A stretch of 55,499 bases of DNA. It comes from a virus (taxonomy: Duplodnaviria > Caudoviricetes). The DNA lies in IMG/VR virus record IMGVR_UViG_3300013094_000003, positions 1 to 55,499 of that record. One strand, written 5' to 3'. The notes beneath the pieces are model-generated. The model was given only the letters and a program-made list of their open reading frames with translations. It had not been told where the DNA came from and made no database searches. Below are positions 19,499 to 27,433 of the stretch, piece after piece. Within the stretch, counting starts at the first letter, position 1; each line of letters begins with the position of its first letter. The translations under genes were made by a program, and so were the position numbers.

Positions 19499-19527
19499 AG
19501 TATAGAGGGGAAAAATAATAAAGTCAA
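19499..19527 (-). promoter_or_regulatory. Sigma70 promoter of the leftward early operon
   Basis: TTGACT-17 bp-TATACT. Confidence 0.75.
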
Positions 19528-19536
19528 ATATTTTAT

Positions 19537-19851
19537 TTAATTATGTAAAATATTTTCTCTAACAGAGTAATATTTTATTATATCTTCAAATTTTTGTGGT
19601 TTTAATACAAAAGAACTTAGCCTGCTCCCAGGATTATTATTCCTAGTGATAAGTTTTTCTTTTTCCAACACTTTTAAAGAAGCATAAACCGCAGGGCGAG
19701 AGACTTTAGACAATTTACTTAAATCTTTTATACTAGTTATAACTATATCATCTATAGACAATTTAATAAGAGTCTTTAATACTTCCTGATAAGCTGGAGT
19801 TAATAGCGCATAACTATCAATAGCTTTTAATAATAATTCTTTGTCTTCCAT
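19537..19851 (-). CDS. Winged-HTH regulator (repressor candidate)
   Basis: SIKDLSKLSKVSRPAVYASLKVLEKEKLI; divergent from rep. Confidence 0.8.
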   Translation of the reverse strand: MEDKELLLKAIDSYALLTPAYQEVLKTLIKLSIDDIVITSIKDLSKLSKVSRPAVYASLKVLEKEKLITRNNNPGSRLSSFVLKPQKFEDIIKYYSVRENILHN

Positions 19852-20038
19852 CTAATTTTACAAAACTTAAAAGGTTAATTTATAATTAGTTTTACTTTAT
19901 ATATAACACTTTTTACTAAAACTTCAATAAAAGTCTTGATTTTACTAAAAGAGTTAATATTCTTGTTTGTTATGTAAGCAAAAATTAGGAGGTTATGGAG
20001 AATATTTGTAGGAATTAAAAATCAAGAACGATACTGAC

Positions 20039-20094
20039 AAAAAAGAAAGAGTGCCTACCCGCAAGAGAAAGCACCCTAAACTCCTAATATGATA
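20039..20094 (-). ncRNA. Putative countertranscript RNA (copy-number control) upstream of rep
   Basis: TTGACG-17-TATACT (20129-20101) followed ~20 nt later by a GC hairpin (20049-20076) and U-tract. Confidence 0.65.
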
Positions 20095-20175
20095 ATTTGG
20101 AGTATATGGGTATATTATCTCTTCGTCAAGGTACTTTTTCTAAAAAATTAGAAATTATTAAAATTTTTAGAGAAT

Positions 20176-21216
20176 ATGGCAAAACAACAAGAGCAAAAAT
20201 TAACCTTTACAGAATCATACCCAGACCAACTATGCAAACTCTACTCATTTAAGGAAGAAAAAGCCTCTTATCGTAAGAGTTATATTGAGTGGGATAAGAT
20301 AAAGAGAGCTAATAAAAAGATCAACCCTGTCCGTCAAAAGTCCTTTTTCCTCAGTAGCCCCGCCAATAAATTGCTTAGTGCAGTTATAGGTAAACTAAGA
20401 CAAGGCCAAAGAGTACTCTTAAATCATAAATATATTTCCACATTTACACTCGTTGAAAGAAGGCAGAATCAAAATATTATCAAGGAACTAGCAGATATTT
20501 TGGATATTACCTACCATAATTCCGTTACTCATAATAACAAAAAATATCGTTATAGTTATGAGTTTGGTTATAAGCAGCAAAACCTTGAAAATACTACCTT
20601 TATAGAATATTCTATTGAGAAAAAAATTTCCCGACAAAACGACCCTTTCTATATATATAAAGAAAATAAAGATATTGAAGATATAGATCTGGAATCTAAT
20701 TTTTTAGAAAATTCTGTAAGTTCTTTTTGTCCTAAAAAACCTGCTAAGGTTAAAAAACGACTTTCTAACCAGCGGAAGAAGTCTACTAACGCCGAGCGTA
20801 AGGCAAGAATTTATCATTTTAACCAGTACAAAGAACCTAAAGACCTAAAGCACCATTACCCGTTAAGCAAAGAGGACGGCAGCAAGTTACAAACCTTGTC
20901 AGGGCGGGATTTTAGCCTAAATGCGATGAACGAAATACTCCTCGACATGTCCCAGCGGCTAGATAACAGGTTTTGCTCAAAAGCCCAGTTTGTGGCATAT
21001 TTCGGTAAGTGTCTGCGGTTTGAGATGCGGGACGCTGTCAAAACTGGTAATGATAACTTCCGCATAAAAGCTAATATTTCCAAGGAAGAAGCTCCAAGAA
21101 AAACTAAGATATTCGAAGAACAGGAGCTAAAGGCGTATGACCTAGAGAATAGGAATAATGATGGTTTTCAACCATTGACAAATACAATTAAAGCTTTATC
21201 TTTTCTAAATTTATAA
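20176..21216 (+). CDS. Rickettsial-plasmid-type replication protein
   Basis: LQTLSGRDFSLNAMNEILLDMS...EMRDAVKT.N.NFRIKAN recalled from Rickettsia plasmid DnaA-like Rep proteins; appears short at the C-terminus. Confidence 0.7.
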   Translation: MAKQQEQKLTFTESYPDQLCKLYSFKEEKASYRKSYIEWDKIKRANKKINPVRQKSFFLSSPANKLLSAVIGKLRQGQRVLLNHKYISTFTLVERRQNQNIIKELADILDITYHNSVTHNNKKYRYSYEFGYKQQNLENTTFIEYSIEKKISRQNDPFYIYKENKDIEDIDLESNFLENSVSSFCPKKPAKVKKRLSNQRKKSTNAERKARIYHFNQYKEPKDLKHHYPLSKEDGSKLQTLSGRDFSLNAMNEILLDMSQRLDNRFCSKAQFVAYFGKCLRFEMRDAVKTGNDNFRIKANISKEEAPRKTKIFEEQELKAYDLENRNNDGFQPLTNTIKALSFLNL

Positions 21217-21233
21217 TCAATAAAAAAGAATAT

Positions 21234-21602
21234 ATGTTTAAAATATTTTTAGAAAAATTAAAAAACTTTTGGAAGGAAGACAAAAGTGATTATTCAAATT
21301 TGAATGGAAATGATGTTTTTATTGGTGATTTTAACCGCTACACAAGTTATAAAGGTATATTGTATATGGTATTATCTAATATAGAATTATTGGATAATAC
21401 AGAAAATCATATAGGTAAATTTATTTATATTAATGAGTATCACTTTAGTAATATCAATAATATTGGAGAATTTTTAGATAAAATAAAAGATAGACATAAA
21501 GTTATTTTTAATGCTAAGTTTAATCTTTTAGCAGAAAATAAAAATTATTATAACAATAAGGAATACTTTAGTGATGTTAAAATTATAGATTGTGGGTATT
21601 AA
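21234..21602 (+). CDS. Hypothetical protein
   Basis: ORF directly after rep. Confidence 0.6.
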   Translation: MFKIFLEKLKNFWKEDKSDYSNLNGNDVFIGDFNRYTSYKGILYMVLSNIELLDNTENHIGKFIYINEYHFSNINNIGEFLDKIKDRHKVIFNAKFNLLAENKNYYNNKEYFSDVKIIDCGY

Positions 21603-22482
21603 AAAAATTTAACTGTTCTGGTCTTTTTATATGCCGTTTTATTTTTAAAATTTCATATTCACTTTTTAATCCTCGATCAGTCTCAAACTGAGTAATTCTT
21701 ACTTGACAGAATAGCCTATCTCCCATAGAAAAGGAAATGCTACCATTTTCGATACCATCTAAAAAATCTGAATCTTTTATTATAGCATTGATTTCATTAT
21801 TACCATCAAAAAGCCTCCATTTATTATCTTTTTTAAAAATAACGGAAACTATAGAATAAACGTGTTCAAACTCCTTTGTAGATATTTCTTCATTTTGTAT
21901 TTCAGGTTTAACAAATAATATTCCTTCTTCTTTTTCTACCCGCTCCAAGATTTTATCTTCTGAAATAATAGCAAATTCATCATATCCATCTTTTGCTAAT
22001 GGTTTTGCTATAGCTTCATTTAAATTTTCTCTAATTTTTATATTGTTATAAAGTTCAAGGACACGTTTTTCAACTTCAATATATTGATCGTCTTCGCGAT
22101 ATATTCTAATATTTTTATTGTTTATAGGTTGAATTTTATTAACTTTCTTTTTTCCTAAAAATTTAATTATACCTACACAAGCTGATACTACGCTTAGTAT
22201 TTCTATACCGTTTAATGTTGCTTGCGCAGTATCAGAAATAAGAAACTCTTGTAAATTCTGTAAAAAACTTTGAACAGTTACAAAATCTATTTTAAATGAT
22301 CCAGTTTTAAAAGAGGCCTTGATATTTACTTCTGACTTAGTACGTCCATGGTTTAATACCTTATCTGCTTCCTCAAATATTTCTGCTATGGCTAATAAAG
22401 CAGATGCAAGAGATTTAGCATTTATCTCGTTATCTTTTAAGGCTGATCCATCGTATACAATGTGAAATATAGCTCTACTCAT
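21583..22482 (-). CDS. Conserved prophage accessory protein of unknown function
   Basis: FHIVYDG.AL...EI....LA.ALL...KASFKTGSF and C-terminal KWRLFDG OB-like segment; follows vapD. Confidence 0.7.
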   Translation of the reverse strand: MSRAIFHIVYDGSALKDNEINAKSLASALLAIAEIFEEADKVLNHGRTKSEVNIKASFKTGSFKIDFVTVQSFLQNLQEFLISDTAQATLNGIEILSVVSACVGIIKFLGKKKVNKIQPINNKNIRIYREDDQYIEVEKRVLELYNNIKIRENLNEAIAKPLAKDGYDEFAIISEDKILERVEKEEGILFVKPEIQNEEISTKEFEHVYSIVSVIFKKDNKWRLFDGNNEINAIIKDSDFLDGIENGSISFSMGDRLFCQVRITQFETDRGLKSEYEILKIKRHIKRPEQLNFFNTHNL

Positions 22483-22485
22483 TAG

Positions 22486-22752
22486 TTACCTATTATTTCT
22501 AACTATCTCGGTAAAATCCGACCAGTCTTCTACTTTAAAAGCTCTAATATCTCGTACTGAGTCAGAGAACCACTGAACATTAGAGAGTTTATTAATTACC
22601 TTATAAACAGTTGTAAGATCGTTTTTCTCATTTTTGGATAGATACAAACTACCTTGTGTTCCAATAAAGCCTAAATCTTCCATCATGGCTCTAATTTCAT
22701 CTTGATGCTCCTTTAATTTTGTTTCTTCTATATCAAATAATATTGCATACAT
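22486..22752 (-). CDS. vapD: VapD (Cas2-like) nuclease with an 8-residue internal deletion
   Basis: [32 protein letters not shown]; lacks the usual YGEPYNKAY segment. Confidence 0.9.
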   Translation of the reverse strand: MYAILFDIEETKLKEHQDEIRAMMEDLGFIGTQGSLYLSKNEKNDLTTVYKVINKLSNVQWFSDSVRDIRAFKVEDWSDFTEIVRNNR

Positions 22753-22813
22753 TTTATTAAATACCTATTAGAAAATATTTGATTATGATTAAATAATAAG
22801 TAATATCTTTTTT

Positions 22814-22954
22814 GAACCTTGGTTTATCCAAGGCTCGGCCGCTGTCAATCGGCCAATGGTAGCATCGAGTAATTTGTGTTCTTAACATAAATTACCTCTT
22901 TAGTTACAAGCTCCTTGCTTTAGCTGGGGGTAGTTGACCATAAGCTTTGTTGTA
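22814..22954 (+). ncRNA. Orphan IS200/IS605 TnpB-type reRNA scaffold (22814-22938) plus 16-nt guide (22939-22954)
   Basis: Four consecutive hairpins; right-end-like acaagctccttgctttagctgggggtagttgac; loop gtcaat pairs with terminal gttgac; hairpin terminator follows the guide. Confidence 0.68.
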
Positions 22955-23014
22955 AGACCCTTTCTAAAGGGTCTTTAACTTAGCTACTTCCATGTTGAAT
23001 GATATTGCGTACAT
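22939..23014 (-). pseudogene. vapD: 5' fragment of a second vapD, truncated at the IS-like end
   Basis: Reads MYAISFNMEVAKLKTL*KGSYNKAY in frame and stops at the gtcaac boundary. Confidence 0.85.
22954..22980 (+). terminator. Hairpin directly after the guide
   Basis: aagacccttt-ct-aaagggtctt perfect inverted repeat. Confidence 0.55.
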
Positions 23015-23036
23015 ATACTTTTAAATCGCTGTTCAA

Positions 23037-23351
23037 TTAAAATTTACTAAATATCCATTTTAGTCCTGCACCAATTATTAATAAAACAATTGCATAGATA
23101 ACAGTTAATGATTTTTTAATTGTAAGCCATTTATCTTCTTTTATATATTTATCTATAATATCTTCAATCCGTTTTCTTATTTCTGAATCCGATGCAATTA
23201 ATTGCTTTATTATTAATTTTAATACTTCATCTATATTTTTTTGACTTTCTGCTGCTGCACAAAAGTCTTTAGCAAAGTTTTGGTGTTCAAATCTTTTTTC
23301 AATTTTTTCTATTTCAGCTTTTGGACTATAATTGTCAGTATTTTCACTCAT
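23037..23351 (-). CDS. Membrane-anchored hypothetical protein (start likely 23351)
   Basis: C-terminal TM; gaggtg RBS before ATG 23351, overlapping the upstream stop. Confidence 0.65.
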   Translation of the reverse strand: MSENTDNYSPKAEIEKIEKRFEHQNFAKDFCAAAESQKNIDEVLKLIIKQLIASDSEIRKRIEDIIDKYIKEDKWLTIKKSLTVIYAIVLLIIGAGLKWIFSKF

Positions 23352-23580
23352 TATCACCTCTGATAGAATGTTTAGCAGGTGCAATAAGGGTAGATTCTCC
23401 ATTTGATTTGATCCAAAGAGCTTTATCTTCTGTTTCAAGTAAAACACTAACAGAGAATCTTAATAAAGATTGCATATCTTTAAAATTCCATTTTTTTAAA
23501 GCTTCTTCTATTTTTGCTTTATCTCCGTTATCTAATTCAAGAATTAACTTATTCCCTTCTTCTTTAGTTTGAACTGACAT
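23344..23580 (-). CDS. Small hypothetical protein, possibly RHH-like
   Basis: Short strand-helix-helix pattern; coupled to the next gene. Confidence 0.55.
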   Translation of the reverse strand: MSVQTKEEGNKLILELDNGDKAKIEEALKKWNFKDMQSLLRFSVSVLLETEDKALWIKSNGESTLIAPAKHSIRGDNE

Positions 23581-23678
23581 AGCATACTATCCTAATTTAA
23601 GAGGTTATGTATACTCTTATAGCACGAAACCAAGCTTAGTTCTATAGCCTTTTTAGGCGTGCGTATACTAGTATACGT

Positions 23679-24290
23679 CTAAAGTTTAAGCCTTTTGGTT
23701 GCGCGCGCGCGAAGCTCTCCTTTTGGGCTAACATACATATATAGTGTACTGCGTGTTATTTTTAATTCTTTGCAAAGATCGGTTACAGAAGTATCTCTAT
23801 TTTTCATAGCGGCTTGAGCCATTCGCACTTGCGCTTTACTTAATTGAAATTTTCTACCACCATTCGTACCTCTAGCACGAGCTGCAGCGAGTCCTGCTTT
23901 TACGCGCTCGCTAATTAAATCACTTTCAAACTCAGCAAGCGATGCAAATATTCCAAAAGTTAAACGTCCTGCAGCGGTAGTTGTGTCAATATTAGCTCCT
24001 TGTCCTGATAAAATACGAAAACCGATATTTCGTTTTGTAAGATCGGTGATAGTTTTGACTAAGTGAGAAAGATTACGCCCTAATCTGTCAAGTTTCCAGA
24101 CTACTAAGACATCATGTTCTCTCAAGGATTTTAAACAAGCCTCTAATCCCGGTCTTTTATCATTTCTACCTGAGGCATAATCTTCGTAGATATAAGCCCC
24201 TTGTACGCCGTGTGCTTTTAGAGCATCTAATTGGAGATTTGTTGTTTGAGAGCCATCTGCTTTTGAGACTCGCATATAACCGACAAGCAT
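23679..24290 (-). CDS. Serine resolvase/invertase with C-terminal HTH
   Basis: GYMRVS catalytic Ser, WKLDRLGR, AEFE..LI.ER...GL.AARARG, HTH; 203 aa. Confidence 0.95.
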   Translation of the reverse strand: MLVGYMRVSKADGSQTTNLQLDALKAHGVQGAYIYEDYASGRNDKRPGLEACLKSLREHDVLVVWKLDRLGRNLSHLVKTITDLTKRNIGFRILSGQGANIDTTTAAGRLTFGIFASLAEFESDLISERVKAGLAAARARGTNGGRKFQLSKAQVRMAQAAMKNRDTSVTDLCKELKITRSTLYMYVSPKGELRARATKRLKL

Positions 24291-24723
24291 AATATTTGTA
24301 ATTTTTCACCTGTTTAAATAACAACTCAATTAAAACATGTATTTTTAAATAATGTGTTGTTCATTATATCATTTATTCAATGTATTGTAAACCTATTATC
24401 AAATAAATGACAAATTGTATAAAATTATTACTTTGTACGACTTTATTTATGTTTTGAGCGATTTTCTTTATTTTTTTGTAAATTCTCCAATGCCTGAGTT
24501 AATATGGCGATAAAGGCATTTTTTGCAGAAAAACGCAGGTTGAGCGCGCGTTTTAAATGAAATCGCACTTGACTTTAGGAGAGCAAAAGCACTTCTCCAA
24601 AAGTTTATGGGTTTTCCCCAGAAACTCATGGAAAGGCAAGTCTTCTCTATCTTGTAAGGTAATTAATTTAAGCGAAGTATGTAAAATCGCAGCGAAATGC
24701 ACAAAATCGCAGAAAAGTCAAAA

Positions 24724-24876
24724 AATGAATTTTGTTTCTTGGAAATGAATTTTGTTTCTTAGTCTGAAAAAGCTTATTGTATAAGGGATAGAAGTTAAAA
24801 AATACTAAAAAAAAAGAATGAATTTTGTTTCTTGGAAATGAATTTTGTTTCTTGGGAATGAATTTCATTCTTAGTC
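24724..24876 (+). repeat. Five iteron-like repeats with 20-bp period in two clusters
   Basis: aatgaattttgtttctt at 24724, 24744, 24817, 24837 and degenerate at 24857; both clusters end cttagtct. Confidence 0.85.
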
Positions 24877-25236
24877 TTACTGATGCATATAAAAAATAGA
24901 TAAATCGACACATAACTTTTAGGATAGCCGAAAATCTAATCTTTTAAATAATTCCTATTTTCCCAGAAAAACCAGTCTACATATATCTTTTAGGCATCCC
25001 AAACAAGTACTTTTTCGGCACGAAAATCACATGTTCGCTCACACATTTTAAAAAAATACATTAGAATCATTCCCCCTTAAATATTTCCACAGTTGGTGGT
25101 GGGGGAATATGGCAAAAAAGTTACTCCCCGATTTTTAGGGATGTCCATGTATAAAATATTACAATAGTAAAATTATTTGTATTATTCTCAATTGACAGGA
25201 CTTGACAGTTTTTTAAGTGTTAGTTAACTTATCTGA

Positions 25237-25364
25237 GCTAATGGTGAGTGACATCATCGTTACAAGCAACCTCTCATGCTAGGGGTTATGTTATCTATAA
25301 ATGCCTCTGGCATGAAGGATATCATTGGTTTGTAACAACCATGTCACGGCCCCTGGCACTTTTT
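25237..25364 (+). ncRNA. Multibranch structured RNA / leader
   Basis: Nested stems gtgacat/atgtcac, gttacaagc/gtttgtaac, aacctct/aggggtt, atgcc/ggcat; TTGACA promoter at 25202; T-run at the end. Confidence 0.55.
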
Positions 25365-25383
25365 AATCAAACATAATTGGTAT

Positions 25384-25674
25384 ATGAAAAGCAATTGGGA
25401 GGATTGTATAACATCGCTAACGGCACAGTTAGAGATGGTAAACAAAAGTTTAGAAGAACGGCATAAGGAGGTACAAAAATATTTAGAAGAAAACCCTAAT
25501 TGTCATAATAAAGCTTTGTTATTGATAGCAGAGCAAAAAGCAGCTCAAAATGCTTTTCAGAGTTTAGAAGACAAAATACATGACATGATTATCTATTTAT
25601 GTCGTGCGATGACTGTAAGTAAAATGCACAGCTTAAGTAATTTAGTAGGGGAGGATAGCTATGAACTGGAATGA
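25384..25674 (+). CDS. Hypothetical coiled-coil protein
   Basis: ORF after the structured leader. Confidence 0.65.
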   Translation: MKSNWEDCITSLTAQLEMVNKSLEERHKEVQKYLEENPNCHNKALLLIAEQKAAQNAFQSLEDKIHDMIIYLCRAMTVSKMHSLSNLVGEDSYELE

Positions 25675-25771
25675 TGATGACCCATTTATAAAATGGGGTA
25701 CGAGGATTTATGTTGTGTCAGTGCTTATTGGGATGCCGATAGCTTGTTATTTAATATTGGGGAAGTTATGA
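25661..25771 (+). CDS. 36-aa membrane peptide (not in ORF track)
   Basis: ggagg RBS; MNWNDDDPFIKWGTRIYVVSVLIGMPIACYLILGKL; ATGA-coupled to the next gene. Confidence 0.55.
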   Translation: MNWNDDDPFIKWGTRIYVVSVLIGMPIACYLILGKL

Positions 25772-26568
25772 GAAAAAAATCAAAAAACAATAATTACCAT
25801 ACAATTTTGGATTATCAAAAATTAGGAAATGAACTTGCACTTAGGTACTATAGTAATCCTGAGTACCTGAGGATTAAAAATTTATCAAAAGAAGAGTTAA
25901 ACCAATTACCACGTTCATTTTTAGACTATTTTGGTTCATCGTTTCCAGAAATTCTAACCATAACTGACCATTACCATGACATAGTTACTCCAGATGGCAG
26001 ACCTGATTATAGAACAATTGAAATTTTATATTTATTAACACAGTATCAGTATACTCTCCGTTCTGATTTCCCTGATGGATTTGTTGTATATAATGGCTTT
26101 AAAGTAAAGTTTTGGGATGGAGGAAATGATAATCTTATTTACCTAGGAGCTTTGCTAGAATTAGGAAGCAATTTAAATTTGCATTTATTATCTTATATAG
26201 TTACTGATGCTCCCTATAAAAAATTTCCATCTATAAAAAATTCTTATATCAAATTACAGGAGTTTTTCAATGAAACAGAAGAGAATATAAAACATGCTCT
26301 AGTTTCTTTACAAAACCTAAATTTAATAACTTTTTCCGAAGAAAATAATGGTGATCTAATTATTAACTTAAATAAAGATAATATTTTAAAATTAGAGAAA
26401 AAACATAGTAAATATTCTAATTTAGAAGAAGACATCAAAATTAATAACCATTATAAAGAACGTATTATACCAAAAACTCCCGCCTGTCCTCACTGCTTAA
26501 AAGAACTTAATATGGATAATATAAAATCTATACTAAAAAATTATGATGAAGAGGGAAACGAACTTTAG
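25768..26568 (+). CDS. Winged-HTH protein related to the N-terminus of 29985..31838 (start likely 25768)
   Basis: DIVTPDGRPD...IEILY resembles IVVDSRGNPD.LAINLY; SY.KL.E.F...I..AL..L..LNLI HTH. Confidence 0.55.
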   Translation: MRKKSKNNNYHTILDYQKLGNELALRYYSNPEYLRIKNLSKEELNQLPRSFLDYFGSSFPEILTITDHYHDIVTPDGRPDYRTIEILYLLTQYQYTLRSDFPDGFVVYNGFKVKFWDGGNDNLIYLGALLELGSNLNLHLLSYIVTDAPYKKFPSIKNSYIKLQEFFNETEENIKHALVSLQNLNLITFSEENNGDLIINLNKDNILKLEKKHSKYSNLEEDIKINNHYKERIIPKTPACPHCLKELNMDNIKSILKNYDEEGNEL

Positions 26569-26604
26569 TAAGCAGGATATAGAATCTATGCTAGAAAACT
26601 CTGA

Positions 26605-27165
26605 TTATGTGTATTTACCATAATAAGCTTTTATCTTATCATCATATTTCTTACATATTTTTTCAAATCCACTGCCTGCTTCTACTTTTATTTTGTCTAC
26701 ATCACTTTTTAAAAGCCAACGTTTACTTTTTTTATAGGAACTTTTAATCAAATTCCAACACGTAAGCTGATTAAGTTTTTGTAAACTTATATTTAAAATT
26801 TCAGCAGCTAATCTTACTGATATATATTCTTTTCCTTCTATCATTATTGTTGATACATCAGCTGGAATTGCATATTTTTCTCTTAGTTCTTTAAGCTTAA
26901 TATCCATTTCTTTTTTATATTGTGCCATTATAAGAGTTTCCTTTTCAGCAAACTCTTTTATTAGTAATTCACTTTCTTTGTGAAAAATTACTAAATTTTC
27001 AACATTAACCTTTTTTATAAAATTTTTGTTTTTTATTTTATATTTAAAACTGTAAAGATATCTAATTAGTTTAATATTTTTACTCTTTAAAATTTCCGCA
27101 GCTTCTTTTAAGCTTACATACTCCTCGCCTTCTATTATCAAGGGATTAGTTATATTATTTTTCAT
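26605..27165 (-). CDS. Tandem HTH_17/MerR-like DNA-binding protein
   Basis: Two IEG.EY.S...AAEIL repeats. Confidence 0.7.
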   Translation of the reverse strand: MKNNITNPLIIEGEEYVSLKEAAEILKSKNIKLIRYLYSFKYKIKNKNFIKKVNVENLVIFHKESELLIKEFAEKETLIMAQYKKEMDIKLKELREKYAIPADVSTIMIEGKEYISVRLAAEILNISLQKLNQLTCWNLIKSSYKKSKRWLLKSDVDKIKVEAGSGFEKICKKYDDKIKAYYGKYT

Positions 27166-27181
27166 ATAGACATTATTATAT

Positions 27182-27427
27182 TTACAAATATTTTTTTAGT
27201 TCACACAAAAACTGGTTTTGACCTAATCTATCAGTAACCCCAAATTCTTTAAACTCGTTTTCTAAGAAGTTAACAACACTTACAGCAAAACCCCTCGGCA
27301 CTACCACCCACTCATCATCAGTTTTAGATTTAATCCACATTGACAAATCATGAGTTGATATCTCTTTATCTATAATCTTAACTAAATCAGTTATTTCTTC
27401 TTTTTTAATTTTGTAATCATTTATCAT
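27182..27427 (-). CDS. Hypothetical protein, paralogue of 18432..18680
   Basis: THDLSMWIKSKTDDEWVVVP. Confidence 0.75.
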   Translation of the reverse strand: MINDYKIKKEEITDLVKIIDKEISTHDLSMWIKSKTDDEWVVVPRGFAVSVVNFLENEFKEFGVTDRLGQNQFLCELKKYL

Positions 27428-27433
27428 TATATT

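Noticed and set aside
22486-22752. cas2
   Set aside because: Motifs are VapD-specific, and there is no cas1 or array
22814-22938. IscB omegaRNA on the minus strand (starts gtcaactacccc)
   Set aside because: G-U wobbles, pseudoknot geometry, promoter and the terminator after the guide favour the + strand TnpB-type reading; disfavoured, not fully excluded
23662-23677. Perfect 16-bp palindrome cgtatactagtatacg as a protelomerase site
   Set aside because: Short, and no protelomerase gene; more likely a terminator or operator after the resolvase
23679-24290. Phage integrase
   Set aside because: 203-aa small serine recombinase with HTH; lacks the recombinase and zinc domains of serine integrases
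24557-24913. ORFs 24557..24748 and 24668..24913
   Set aside because: They overlap the iteron repeats, and their peptide repeats merely mirror the DNA repeats
25237-25364. tRNA
   Set aside because: No T-loop or D-loop consensus and wrong arm sizes; no tRNA or rRNA was recognised anywhere in the window
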